Origin: Paracoccus suum
GTDB lineage: Bacteria > Pseudomonadota > Alphaproteobacteria > Rhodobacterales > Rhodobacteraceae
DNA: 32,000 nt
NCBI RefSeq assembly: GCF_003324675.1
Contig: NZ_CP030918.1
Coordinates: 690,001-722,000 of the forward strand
Reading direction: 5' to 3'
A program made the translations under genes and the position numbers. The first letter of the stretch is position 1; each line of letters begins with the position of its first letter. Below are positions 1 to 8,944 of the stretch, piece by piece. Below the pieces are notes generated by a model. The model had not been told where the DNA came from, ran no database searches, and saw nothing but the letters and a program-made list of their open reading frames with translations.

Positions 1-28
1 GCAGCAGCGGCGCGAGGGTGTGGCGCAT
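1..28 (-). CDS. Possible 5' end of an unidentified CDS running off the left edge (9 codons visible)
   Basis: Minus-strand ATG (cat at 26-28) lies 6 nt downstream of AAGGAA (ttcctt at 35-40). The frame is open to position 1 (MRHTLAPLL...). Too short to identify. Confidence 0.25.
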
Positions 29-124
29 GGGATGTTCCTTGATCGGGGCCGGTATCGCGCGTGACGGTGCAGCGGGCAGCCGGGGGCCGCAAGGGCGGCT
101 GGGTCAAACTCGGTTGATCGGGCG

Positions 125-1348
125 TCAGCCCTCCGAGGTCTCGCGCGAGGGTCTGCAGTCTGCTGGACCGTGCTCACTGTCCGCGCCGCCGCCAATGGGG
201 CCGCGGCGGAAAGGGGCATGCCCGGCGAGTTCGTCCATTTCGCCCTGCATCATCTCGCCCTCATCCGTCAGATAATCGGCGAGAGCGGCGCGAAAGCGGC
301 GATCGGCCACCCAATGCAGCGAATGGGTCGGGACCGGGACATAGCCGCGCGCCAGCTTGTGCCCGCCCTGCGCACCGGCCTCGACCCGAGAAAGGCCATG
401 CGCGATCGCCCAATCGATGGCCTGGTGATAGCAAAGCTCGAAATGCAGGAACGGATGCTCCTCAATGCAGCCCCAATAGCGGCCGTAAAGGCAGTCAGGC
501 CCGATGAAGTTCAGCGCTCCGGCGATCGGGCGGCCCTCGCGCTCGGCCAGGATCAGCACGATGTCATCGCGCATCGTCGCTTGCATTTCGTCAAAGAAGG
601 CACGGGTCAGGTAGGGGTGCCCCCATTTGCGCGCGCCCGTGTCCTGGTAGAACGTCCAGAAGGCATCCCAGTGCGCGGCCTCGATCTGATCTCCGGTCAG
701 CGCGCGGATGGCGCCGCCAAAGGCCTGCGCCTGCGCGCGCTCCTTGCGCAGGTCCTTGCGCTTGCGCGAACTGAGCCGGCCTAGGAAATCATCGTAGTCG
801 CGATAGCCGTCGTTCATCCAGTGAAACTGCTGCGTGGTCCGCGCCAGCCAGCCCGCCGCTTCGCCGAGCGCACGCTCCTGGGCGGTGCAAAAGGTGATAT
901 GTGCGCCGGAAAGGCCCGCCTGATTGGCGACCGACTGAATGGCTTGCAGCAGGCCCGCCTGAACGGCAGGGTCGGCAGCGATCAGGCGTGGACCGGTGGC
1001 TGGGGTGAACGGCACGGCGATCTGCAGCTTTGGGTAATACTCGCCCCCGGCACGCTGATAGGCATCGGCCCAGGCGTGATCGAAGATGTATTCACCCTGG
1101 CTGTGGGTCTTGGCATACATCGGCGCGACCCCGACGACCGCTTCATCCAGCCGCGCGACCAGATGGGCCGGGGTCCAGCCACTGCGGCCGCCGACGGAAC
1201 CCGAGCGTTCCAGCGCGGACAAGAACCGGTGCGTCGTGAATGGGTTATCGCCCGCACCGGTGGCGTCCCATTCGGACGCGTCGATCCCCGACAGGGCGGA
1301 CAGGACCCAGACGGTCAAGGCGGGTGGCTGGGAGGCGGGAAAGGTCAT
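125..1348 (-). CDS. DUF482 / FemAB-like GNAT-fold acyltransferase family protein (COG3146-type)
   Basis: ORF 125..1408 trimmed to the internal ATG at 1346-1348 (MTFPASQ...). Recognised stretches are NPFTTHRFLSALERSGSVG, YAKTHSQGEYIFDHAWADAY, YPKLQIAVPFTPATGPR and FELCYHQAIDWAI, typical of this conserved family. The 20-codon upstream extension is Pro/Ser-rich and looks non-native. Confidence 0.8.
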   Translation of the reverse strand: MTFPASQPPALTVWVLSALSGIDASEWDATGAGDNPFTTHRFLSALERSGSVGGRSGWTPAHLVARLDEAVVGVAPMYAKTHSQGEYIFDHAWADAYQRAGGEYYPKLQIAVPFTPATGPRLIAADPAVQAGLLQAIQSVANQAGLSGAHITFCTAQERALGEAAGWLARTTQQFHWMNDGYRDYDDFLGRLSSRKRKDLRKERAQAQAFGGAIRALTGDQIEAAHWDAFWTFYQDTGARKWGHPYLTRAFFDEMQATMRDDIVLILAEREGRPIAGALNFIGPDCLYGRYWGCIEEHPFLHFELCYHQAIDWAIAHGLSRVEAGAQGGHKLARGYVPVPTHSLHWVADRRFRAALADYLTDEGEMMQGEMDELAGHAPFRRGPIGGGADSEHGPADCRPSRETSEG

Positions 1349-1367
1349 CGGGACAGATTTAGGCGGT

Positions 1368-1399
1368 CCACCCCGCGATACAACCGACTGCGGGGGGTG
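1368..1399 (-). terminator. Candidate stem-loop between the GT8-like gene and the DUF482 gene
   Basis: CCACCCCGCG (1368-1377) pairs with GCGGGGGGTG (1390-1399), with a 2-nt bulge and a 12-nt loop. It lies 28 nt downstream of the GT8-like stop. There is no U-tract on the minus strand, so this is not a canonical intrinsic terminator. Confidence 0.3.
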
Positions 1400-1426
1400 A
1401 GGTGCCAATCGTAGGCTGGCCGTGCG

Positions 1427-2506
1427 CTAGCTCTGCACGGGTCGGGCCGCATTCGATTTTCGAGAGACCCGTGGCCGCGCTTTCCGGGACACCGCATCGT
1501 CGGGCGGCGGTCTCGTCCGGCCGCCGGCGCCCCCAACCTCGTTGGCCTCCTCATTACGTGGATTCGGCTCGTCTGGTTCAGCAAGCTCTGCTGCGGTGGG
1601 CAAAACCGGAAGTCTCTCCCGTCCAGGACGAACCGCCCCGTTCTGAAACTCGTAAAGATCCCTCACCGTGAGTTCGCCCAAAAGGTTATGGCCGTTCTCC
1701 GCGTGGCGCCGATGCAGGTCCACAATCCGGCGGCAAAGTTCGGGCCTCAGAAAAAGCGATGGAAAGCGGAAATAGTGGACAAAGACGTCGCGCCGGTCTG
1801 GCCGCCAGCCTTTGATGAGACGGTTCCAGCGCCAGTCCAACACGCCAATCCGATCTTCGGCCTGCGCAGAGATCAGCATCAAGGCGGTCTGATCGGCAAA
1901 CGGCCGCTTTGCTGAATCGGGCAAATCCGATTCGAGCACGGCACTCGTGGCGCGCCACCACTCCTCGGGGAAGCCACCATTGACGTCGAACCAGACCACG
2001 CCCGAATTGAAACTGCGAATGCGCTGGGCCGCCTCCAGCGCCCGGTCATCGTCGATACTGTCGGTCATCGGAGAACCCAGCTTCAGCGCCTCTTTGCCAA
2101 GCTTCATCAATTGATCACTGTCGAACTCTTGGCCGCCGAAATTGGTGGTGGCCGCCGTCCAGTGGCCCGTCAGTCGCCAGAACTCCGGCCGGCCGACGGC
2201 AAGGATGTCGGTATCCAGGAAGATCGCGAAGCGCGAATCGAACCCCTGTCTCGCCGCATCAACCTTATTGCCGATAGCGTATGAGTGGCGGTCCCAGATT
2301 TGCGGCTCGAACTCGCGGATTTCGACATTCATGTCTCGCAAAAAGGCAATCGTGGCGTCGTCCAGCTGTCCCCGCCCACGTGGTAAAAAGGCATGCAAGG
2401 GCAAGGCATCGCTGGTCTGCTCCCGCAGCGACGCCACCAGAAAGCGCGCGCGCAGTGACAGCGAGCCGGGCTGAACGATGAAGAATGCGGTAACGTCAAT
2501 CGGCAT
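1427..2506 (-). CDS. GT-A fold, GT8 (glycogenin)-like glycosyltransferase, hypothetical
   Basis: ORF 1427..2608 trimmed to ATG 2504-2506 (MPIDVTAFFIV...), which overlaps the upstream sulfotransferase stop by 11 nt. DxD motif FLDTDILAV (DTD encoded at 2207-2215), FNSGVVWF and ADQTALM mirror the FIDADAIVL / LNSGVF / TDQTFL motifs of SqdD in this same window. The last ~70 aa are a Pro/Arg/Glu-rich low-complexity tail, so the 3' end is uncertain. Confidence 0.65.
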   Translation of the reverse strand: MPIDVTAFFIVQPGSLSLRARFLVASLREQTSDALPLHAFLPRGRGQLDDATIAFLRDMNVEIREFEPQIWDRHSYAIGNKVDAARQGFDSRFAIFLDTDILAVGRPEFWRLTGHWTAATTNFGGQEFDSDQLMKLGKEALKLGSPMTDSIDDDRALEAAQRIRSFNSGVVWFDVNGGFPEEWWRATSAVLESDLPDSAKRPFADQTALMLISAQAEDRIGVLDWRWNRLIKGWRPDRRDVFVHYFRFPSLFLRPELCRRIVDLHRRHAENGHNLLGELTVRDLYEFQNGAVRPGRERLPVLPTAAELAEPDEPNPRNEEANEVGGAGGRTRPPPDDAVSRKARPRVSRKSNAARPVQS

Positions 2507-3269
2507 GATCGAGGGCCCGCTCAGAGAGTGCTTCGTCGGATACTGCGTCGCGCACAAGGGTCGCGTAACCCAGCCGCTCCAGAAGCGAATAAGGCAAGCG
2601 TTGAGCAATGAAGTCGATGTCGGCAGAGGGGATCTCGGCCAGATAGCTGTGTTGCATCACACCCTGCCGATCGAATTTTTTCTTGTGATAAAATTTTTCG
2701 GGATCGTGATCCGCATCGCGAAGCCGCTTCAGTCGGCGATCCGGCTGCTCGAAATCGGCACTGCGCCGCGCGAGCGAAAATGCCGATGCAATCGGCGCCA
2801 CCGCGGCCTCGGCATCTTCCAGCAGGTCCTCGTAGCGCAACGTGAAGCGCGGGGTGCGGCCGTCCGAGGCAGACAGGGCATTCCAGCTCATCTGCGCCCA
2901 AAACGTGGGCAGGTCGGGAAACCACAATTGGCTGCCGCCTTCGACGTCGCCATTCTGGATGGTGAAGGGGCTGCGAATGAACTGACTGATTGTGCCGGTG
3001 TTTTCAGACAGCATATTCGGTTGGCCGCTGTTGACGTATTTGTAAAGCGACACCGCCGCGTGCAGCGGGTTCTTGACCATCGTGACCACAGGAACGTTCG
3101 GCAAACGCAGGCGGCCCTGATTGGTTGACGGGATGGGAAAAAAACCGTGCTTCCAGCCCAGGCTGTCATAGCTGACAACGCAGTCGTAATTGACTTCGAG
3201 CAGCGCCTTCAGAAAATTCGTGCCCGAGCGAAAGACCCCACGAACGCAAATAGTGCAGTCTTCCGGCAT
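2496..3269 (-). CDS. PAPS-dependent sulfotransferase family protein
   Basis: 257-aa ORF. The 5'-PSB loop GVFRSGTNFL (encoded about 3210-3239) and the 3'-PB-like MVKNPLHAAVSLY are sulfotransferase-fold hallmarks. A strong SD AAGGAG sits 7 nt upstream of ATG 3267-3269. No signal peptide. Confidence 0.8.
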   Translation of the reverse strand: MPEDCTICVRGVFRSGTNFLKALLEVNYDCVVSYDSLGWKHGFFPIPSTNQGRLRLPNVPVVTMVKNPLHAAVSLYKYVNSGQPNMLSENTGTISQFIRSPFTIQNGDVEGGSQLWFPDLPTFWAQMSWNALSASDGRTPRFTLRYEDLLEDAEAAVAPIASAFSLARRSADFEQPDRRLKRLRDADHDPEKFYHKKKFDRQGVMQHSYLAEIPSADIDFIAQRLPYSLLERLGYATLVRDAVSDEALSERALDHAD

Positions 3270-3410
3270 AAGTCCGCTCCTTTACTGCATTGGCCGCTTG
3301 GGGCGAGAAGAATCCTTAGTCGCCGCACAACCCTTGCCGCTTGCTAACGCCGCGGGTGGTGACTGGCGAAGCACGCCGCACTGCCAGGGATGCCCGCGCC
3401 CCAGCGAAAT

Positions 3411-4208
3411 TCACGGCCGTGCGGCCGGATAGCCCTCGAATGTTATGTTATCCGCAATCTGCCGCGCCGTTGCCTCGGCCTCGGGCGTGCGGATCGTCCA
3501 GGCGAGTACCGGTATGCCCCGCGCCTTCAGCGAAGCGACGGCGGGGTTCCCGAGGTCTGTGCGATCATGCGAGATGAAGGAGGAGCCGCTGCGGTCCACA
3601 TCCGCCAACGTGGCGAGGCGGGTTCGGGTCTCGTCATCCAGCATCGGCCAGTCGTCCTCGCTGAAGGCGCAACTGACGAGGCCGCTGGCAATCTGCGGGG
3701 CCACGGTGGAAAACCGGGTGACCGTCTCGGGGTTGAAGGACATGACCGCGACCGGGCCGTCGTAGCCCGCCAGCACGGTCGCCACGCGATCCTGAAGATC
3801 GCCGATATTCTCGCCCAGGCGGCCGTCCTGGTCCTTGATCTCGATCAGCAGCGGCACCTTGCCCGCGACCTCGCGCAGGACCGCCGCGAGGGTCGGGATC
3901 CCCTCGTCGGACTTGCCGAGGCGCATCTTGGCCAGCTCGTCCAGCGTGACATCGGCGACAAAGCCTTCGCTGCCGACCATGCGCGCAAGGTCATAGTCGT
4001 GGAACACCACGGCCTCGCCCTCGGCGCTGTGCTGGATGTCCAGTTCGATCCCGTAGCCGCCCTCGATCGCGGCGCGAAAGGCGGCAAGGCTGTTTTCGGG
4101 AACGCCCGGCCCGTGCAGCCCCCGATGGGCGATGGGCAATCGCAGGAAATCCGGGTGCAAGGGCGCCGGACGGGGCGGCGCTGGGGCAGTGTCGGGCTTG
4201 TCGCTCAT
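3411..4208 (-). CDS. Glycerophosphodiester phosphodiesterase (GDPD/UgpQ-like) family protein
   Basis: 265 aa. PIAHRGLHGPGVPENSLAAFRAAIEGGYGIELDIQ...VVFHD is the GDPD catalytic HR...E.D signature. The start overlaps the RidA stop in an ATGA junction (4205-4208). Confidence 0.88.
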   Translation of the reverse strand: MSDKPDTAPAPPRPAPLHPDFLRLPIAHRGLHGPGVPENSLAAFRAAIEGGYGIELDIQHSAEGEAVVFHDYDLARMVGSEGFVADVTLDELAKMRLGKSDEGIPTLAAVLREVAGKVPLLIEIKDQDGRLGENIGDLQDRVATVLAGYDGPVAVMSFNPETVTRFSTVAPQIASGLVSCAFSEDDWPMLDDETRTRLATLADVDRSGSSFISHDRTDLGNPAVASLKARGIPVLAWTIRTPEAEATARQIADNITFEGYPAARP

Positions 4209-4648
4209 CGCGTTACCTCGAACACGGCCTCAAGCTCGACCGCCGCACCGCGCGGCAGGGCCGAGACGGAGACCGCGGCCCGCGCATGCCGGCCGGCGTC
4301 GCCGAACAGCTCGACCATGACGTCAGAGGCGCCGTTCACGACCTCGGGCTGCTGGGTGAACGCGCCGTTCGAGACAACGAATCCGCCTAGGCGCACGACG
4401 CGTGCGACGCGGTCCAGCGACCCCAGCGCGGCCTTGACCTGCGCCAGTACCTTCAGCGCGCAGTCGCGGGCCGCGGCGTTGCCGGCCTCGACCGACAGAT
4501 CGTCGCCGAGGCAGCCCTTGGCGTCGGAAATCTGGCCCGACACGAACAGCAGATCGCCCGTCTGGACAGTCGGCACATAGCTTGCCACCGGCGCCGGCGC
4601 TGGCGGTAGGGTGATGCCCAGCTCGGTCAAACGGGTCTCGTAGCTCAT
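4205..4648 (-). CDS. RidA / YjgF / L-PSP family protein
   Basis: ORF 4205..4729 trimmed to ATG 4646-4648 (MSYETRLTELGITLP...). GDLLFVSGQ, the family-typical length (147 aa) and the C-terminal AVELEAVFEV match this family. Confidence 0.85.
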   Translation of the reverse strand: MSYETRLTELGITLPPAPAPVASYVPTVQTGDLLFVSGQISDAKGCLGDDLSVEAGNAAARDCALKVLAQVKAALGSLDRVARVVRLGGFVVSNGAFTQQPEVVNGASDVMVELFGDAGRHARAAVSVSALPRGAAVELEAVFEVTR

Positions 4649-4691
4649 GGTCGTCCTCCTGCAGATCGGGCGGAGGTTATCGCGTCCGCAA

Positions 4692-7600
4692 TCAGGCGAC
4701 CAGAGCTTCTGCGCGCCGCAGATCGACACTGACCAATTGGCTAACCCCCTGCTCGACCATGGTAACGCCGAACAGGCGGTCCATGCGCGCCATGGTTACG
4801 GCGTGGTGGGTGATGACCAGAAAGCGCGTGGCGGTGCGCCGCGTCATCTCGTCCAGCAGGTCGCAAAAGCGGGTGACATTGGCGTCGTCCAGCGGCGCGT
4901 CGACCTCGTCCAGTACGCAGATCGGCGCCGGATTGGCGAGGAATACGGCAAAGATCAGCGCGAGCGCGGTCAACGTCTGCTCGCCGCCCGACAGCAGCGA
5001 CAGGGTGGCCAGCTTCTTGCCGGGCGGCTGGCACATGATCTCCAGCCCGGCCTCCAGCGGGTCATCGGATTCGACCATCACCAGCCGCGCCTCGCCGCCA
5101 CCGAAGAGGTGCGTGAACAGGGCGCTGAAATTGCCATTAACCGTGTCGAACGCAGCCAGCAGGCGCTCGCGTCCCTCGCGGTTCAGGCTGCCGATGCCGC
5201 CGCGCAGCTTGCGGATCGCGGCCTCGAGGTCGTCCTTTTCCTTGGCGAGCGCCTCGCGCTCTGCCTCGAGCGCGCGCTTGTCCTCGTCGGCGCGCAAGTT
5301 GACGGCGCCCAGCGCCTCGCGGCTGGCGCGCAGGCGGGCGATCGCTTCTTCCAGCGCGGCGGTCGGCGGCGCCTCGCCGTCGGGCAAGCTGGCGCGCAGG
5401 CTGTCAGGGGTCGCCTCGGCCTCGTCGCGGATACGGGCGCGGGCGGCTGCCTCGGTCTCGCGCGCGGCATCGGCCCGGGCTTCGCGGGCGGCGCGGACCT
5501 CACGCGCTTCGGAGGCGGCGCGCTCGGCCTCACGCTCAGCGCCGGCGGCCTCGCGTAGGGCGGATTCGGCGGTGGCGAGAGCATCGCGGGCGGCGGACTG
5601 CCGTGCGGTGCCAGCCGATTCGGCCTCGGCGAGGCTGGCGCGGCGGGCCGCCAGGGTGGCCGGTTGGGCCTCGGCTTCGGCCAGTTCGGCCGCCGCCGCA
5701 TCGCGGCGCTGGCCAAGCTCGGTGGCGCGGGCGCCGGCCTGCTCCAGCCGGGCACGCCAGCCCTGCGATTCCTTGGTCACCTCCTGCTGGCGCTTGACGC
5801 GCGCGGTGCCGTCGCGGCGCAGTTCGTCCGCTGCCGCCCGGCGGCTGATCAGGGCGATCCGCGCCGCCTCGACCCCGGTCTTGGCCTGCTCGACTGCGTT
5901 GGCGGCGGCACCACGGTCGGGCAGCGCGGCCAGCGCCCGGTCAGCGTCGGCGAGGCGGGTGGCCGCGTCATCGGCATCGGCGCGGTGGCGAGCCAGCTCG
6001 GCACGCGCCGCTTCGGCCTTGCCGGTGGCGAGCGACAGATCGGATTCGGCCCGCGTCTCGGCCCGGCCGGCGTCCGACAGCGCGCGCTCGGCCTCGCGCC
6101 GTGCCTCGCGGGCTGCGGTCTCGGTCTTGCTGGCCGCGGCGAGTGCCGCGCGCGCAGTCTCGTGCTCGGTGCGCGCGGCCGCGGCGCGGGCCGAGGCGGC
6201 CTCGGCCTGGGTGCGGGTCTCCGCCAGCCGGTTCATGGTCTGAAGGTGCAACGCGGCGGCCGAGGTCTGGCCGGAGGCAGGCAGCACCAGCCCGTCCCAG
6301 CGGAACAGATCGCCCGCCTGCGTCACCAGCCGCTGGCCGGGACGCAGCGCGGCCTGCAGGGCGGCGCCGGATCCCGCATCGGCGACGACGCCGAGCTGCG
6401 ACAGCCGCCGGGTCAGGGCCGCGGGCGCAGTGACCTGCGGCGCGAGGGGTTCGGCACCCTCGGGCAAAGGCGCGTCAGCGTCATAGCCGGGCAGCGCGCG
6501 CCAGCCAGCAGCGTCTTCCGCATCCGAAACGGTAATACCCAGGCGCAGGTCATCCCCCAGCGCCGCGCCAAGCGCCGATTCCCAGCCCTTGGCCACCTTG
6601 ATCTGCGACAGCAATGCGCCCTGATCGGCCGCGCCGCGCTGGGCCAGCCGTTCCAGGCCCGCGCGCTCGGCCTCCAGCGCGCCGGCCTCCCCCTCCGCCT
6701 CGGCGCGGGTGGCGCGGGCGGCGGATTCGGCGCGCTCGGCCCCGGTTCGAGCGGCCTCCGCCGCAGCCAGGGCAGCATCGGCGGCATCGGCGCGCTTGCA
6801 CGCCTCCGTCCGGGCGGCAGTTGCCGCTTTCAGCGTCGCCTCGGCCTGCTGACCGGCCGCCTCGGCGCGGGCACGGACGGCCTCGGCCTCGGTCGCGGCG
6901 CGGCTGGCGCGCTCGCCCATGGCGCGCAGATCACTGGCCAGCCGCTCGGCCGACTGGTGCCGCGCGGCCAGGCGCGCCGCCTCGTCCTGCGCCGCGCTCA
7001 GCGCTGCCTCGACCGAGCCCAGGGCGCCCGCAGCAGCCTCGGCGGCGGTTGTAGCGGCAGCCAGACGATCCTCATGGCCCGCACCGGCCTTGACCAGTTC
7101 TGCCGCCTCCCACTCCAGCCGAGCCAGCACCTCGCCGGCGTCGGTGTTCAGCACTGCTTCGCGGGCGATGTCGCGATCCAACTGCGCGACGCGGCCGCTC
7201 AGCTGGGCGATAGCGGCTGCGGCGCGGGCCTCGGCCTCGTCCAGGGCCTCGCGCTGCGCCACGGCGCGCGACAGGATGGCGCCGGCGACATGCTCGGCCT
7301 CGCGCAGCGGCGGCAACGCCGCCTCGGCCGCCTCGCGCGCGGCGCTGGCGCGGCGTGCCGCGGCCTCGGACCCATCGGCGCTGCGCAGTGCGGCGGTCAG
7401 GGCCTCGGCCGCCTCGCGCCGCGCCGCCTCGGCATCGGCCCAGCGGCGCCACAGCAACTGACCCTCGGCTGTGCGCAGGGCAGCGCCAATCTCGCGATAG
7501 CGTGCCGCCGCCCGCGCCTGCCGCGCCAGCGCGGCCGCCTGCGCGGCCAGTCCGTCCAGCGTTTCATCCACGCGCTTGAGATTCGCCTCGGCCCCATCCA

Positions 7601-8150
7601 GCTTCAGCACCGCCTCGTGCCGCCGCTGGTAAAGTCCGCTGATACCAGCCGCTTCCTCGAGGATGCGGCCGCGGGCCTGCGAACGGGCGTTGATCAGCTC
7701 GCCAATCTGGCCCTGGCGCACCAGCGCCGGGGAATGCGAGCCGGTCGAGGCGTCTGCGAACAGCATCTGCACGTCGCGGGCGCGCACCTCTCGGCCATTG
7801 ATGCGATAGGCGCTGCCTGCGTCGCGGGTGATGCGGCGCGTGATTTCCAGCCGGTCGGCATCGTTCATGCCTGCGGGCGCCACGCGGTCCGAGTTGTCGA
7901 CGCTGATGGTGACCTCGGCCTGGGCGCGCGCCGGGCGGCGACCGCTGCCGGCGAAGATCACATCCTCCATCCCGGCGCCGCGCATCGCGGTCGGCCGGTT
8001 CTCTCCCATGACCCAGCGCAGCGCCTCCAGCAGGTTGGACTTGCCGCAGCCGTTCGGCCCGACCACCCCCGTCAGCCCTTGCAGGATGATCAGGTCGGTG
8101 GTGTCGACGAAGCTTTTGAAGCCGGTCAGGCGAAGGCGGTCGAACTGCAT
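4692..8150 (-). CDS. smc: Chromosome segregation protein SMC
   Basis: 1152 aa. N-terminal Walker A FKSF...GVVGPNGCGKSNLLEALRWVMGE, very long Ala/Glu/Arg coiled coils, and a hinge (GWESALGAALGDDL). The C-terminal part carries the signature LSGGEQTLTALALIFAVF and Walker B ICVLDEVDAPLDDANV. Confidence 0.97.
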   Translation of the reverse strand: MQFDRLRLTGFKSFVDTTDLIILQGLTGVVGPNGCGKSNLLEALRWVMGENRPTAMRGAGMEDVIFAGSGRRPARAQAEVTISVDNSDRVAPAGMNDADRLEITRRITRDAGSAYRINGREVRARDVQMLFADASTGSHSPALVRQGQIGELINARSQARGRILEEAAGISGLYQRRHEAVLKLDGAEANLKRVDETLDGLAAQAAALARQARAAARYREIGAALRTAEGQLLWRRWADAEAARREAAEALTAALRSADGSEAAARRASAAREAAEAALPPLREAEHVAGAILSRAVAQREALDEAEARAAAAIAQLSGRVAQLDRDIAREAVLNTDAGEVLARLEWEAAELVKAGAGHEDRLAAATTAAEAAAGALGSVEAALSAAQDEAARLAARHQSAERLASDLRAMGERASRAATEAEAVRARAEAAGQQAEATLKAATAARTEACKRADAADAALAAAEAARTGAERAESAARATRAEAEGEAGALEAERAGLERLAQRGAADQGALLSQIKVAKGWESALGAALGDDLRLGITVSDAEDAAGWRALPGYDADAPLPEGAEPLAPQVTAPAALTRRLSQLGVVADAGSGAALQAALRPGQRLVTQAGDLFRWDGLVLPASGQTSAAALHLQTMNRLAETRTQAEAASARAAAARTEHETARAALAAASKTETAAREARREAERALSDAGRAETRAESDLSLATGKAEAARAELARHRADADDAATRLADADRALAALPDRGAAANAVEQAKTGVEAARIALISRRAAADELRRDGTARVKRQQEVTKESQGWRARLEQAGARATELGQRRDAAAAELAEAEAQPATLAARRASLAEAESAGTARQSAARDALATAESALREAAGAEREAERAASEAREVRAAREARADAARETEAAARARIRDEAEATPDSLRASLPDGEAPPTAALEEAIARLRASREALGAVNLRADEDKRALEAEREALAKEKDDLEAAIRKLRGGIGSLNREGRERLLAAFDTVNGNFSALFTHLFGGGEARLVMVESDDPLEAGLEIMCQPPGKKLATLSLLSGGEQTLTALALIFAVFLANPAPICVLDEVDAPLDDANVTRFCDLLDEMTRRTATRFLVITHHAVTMARMDRLFGVTMVEQGVSQLVSVDLRRAEALVA

Positions 8151-8231
8151 GGCCCGACTGTCGGGCCATGCCAGCGTCCTGTCAACGCAAACGCAAGATG
8201 TGGGGGGTGTTGTCCCCTGTCTGGTGCAGAG

Positions 8232-8879
8232 TTAGTTGAAAAACCCTGCAGCGTGCACCTGATGAAATCCCTCGTAGATCATCTTCAGCGCCACGTAGAA
8301 GATGATGGCAAGGCCGACATAGGCGATCCAGCGGAAGCGGTTCAGCAGCCGCGCAACAAAGGTCGCGGCCAGTCCCATCAGCGCGACGGAGACCACAAGG
8401 CCGATAATCAGAACGGTCGGATGGCCATGCGCCGCGCCCGCCACGGCCAGCACGTTGTCAAGCGACATCGACACGTCCGCGAGCACGATCTGCATCGCCG
8501 CTTGGCGAAAGCTCTTGCGCGGGGCGCGCGCGATCGTGCCGTCGGCGTTGCCGTCCTCGCCGGTCAGTGCCTCGTCGAGATCTTGCTCGTGCGCGCCTTC
8601 GCGCAACTCGCGGAACATCTTCCAGCAGACCCACAGCAGCAGGATGCCGCCAGCGATCAGCAGGCCGGTGATGCCCATCAGCCAGGTGGTCATCAGCGCA
8701 AAGATGATCCGCAGCACGGTGGCAGCGATGATGCCGACCAGGATGGCGCGGTTGCGCTGCTCCTTGGGCAGACCGGCAGCAGCGAGTCCAATGACGATGG
8801 CGTTGTCACCGGCCAGGACCAGGTCGATGGCAATGACCTGCATCAGCGCGATTAAGCCAGCCTGGGTGAAGATTTCCAT
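8232..8879 (-). CDS. TerC / YjbE family integral membrane protein
   Basis: ORF 8232..9017 trimmed to ATG 8877-8879 (MEIFTQAGLIALMQVIAIDLVLAGDNAIVIG...). It has the duplicated DN motif (LAGDNAIV and SLDNVLAV) characteristic of TerC-family proteins and is multi-TM and hydrophobic throughout. Confidence 0.85.
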   Translation of the reverse strand: MEIFTQAGLIALMQVIAIDLVLAGDNAIVIGLAAAGLPKEQRNRAILVGIIAATVLRIIFALMTTWLMGITGLLIAGGILLLWVCWKMFRELREGAHEQDLDEALTGEDGNADGTIARAPRKSFRQAAMQIVLADVSMSLDNVLAVAGAAHGHPTVLIIGLVVSVALMGLAATFVARLLNRFRWIAYVGLAIIFYVALKMIYEGFHQVHAAGFFN

Positions 8880-8914
8880 CTGCGGTCCACTCGGTTCGGG
8901 CGGGTTCGACTTGG

Positions 8915-8926
8915 CTGCAATTGCAG
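8915..8926. promoter_or_regulatory. Perfect 12-bp palindrome CTGCAATTGCAG in the TerC/katE divergent intergenic region (candidate operator or leader hairpin)
   Basis: The sequence reads identically on both strands. It lies 36 nt upstream of the TerC-family start. Function is untested. Confidence 0.3.
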
Positions 8927-8944
8927 TGGTGGTCAAGCCCCACC

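Noticed and set aside
1368-3360. Possible inverted repeats flanking the low-GC islet (CCACCCCGCG at 1368-1377 and CGCGGGTGG at about 3352-3360)
   Set aside because: This is a 9-10-nt imperfect GC-rich match in a GC-rich genome, which is not significant. No integrase, transposase or tRNA target is nearby, so there is no evidence of a mobile-element boundary.
5664-8855. A 1063-aa plus-strand ORF, together with 4759..6243 (494 aa), 4647..5558 and many 60-200-aa frames, overlapping smc and the TerC-family gene
   Set aside because: They lie antisense or out of frame to a full-length, motif-complete SMC. The translations are Arg/Gly/Ala/Pro low-complexity with no recognisable domains. Long stop-free alternative frames are expected in very GC-rich coiled-coil coding DNA rich in GCC/GAG/CGC codons.
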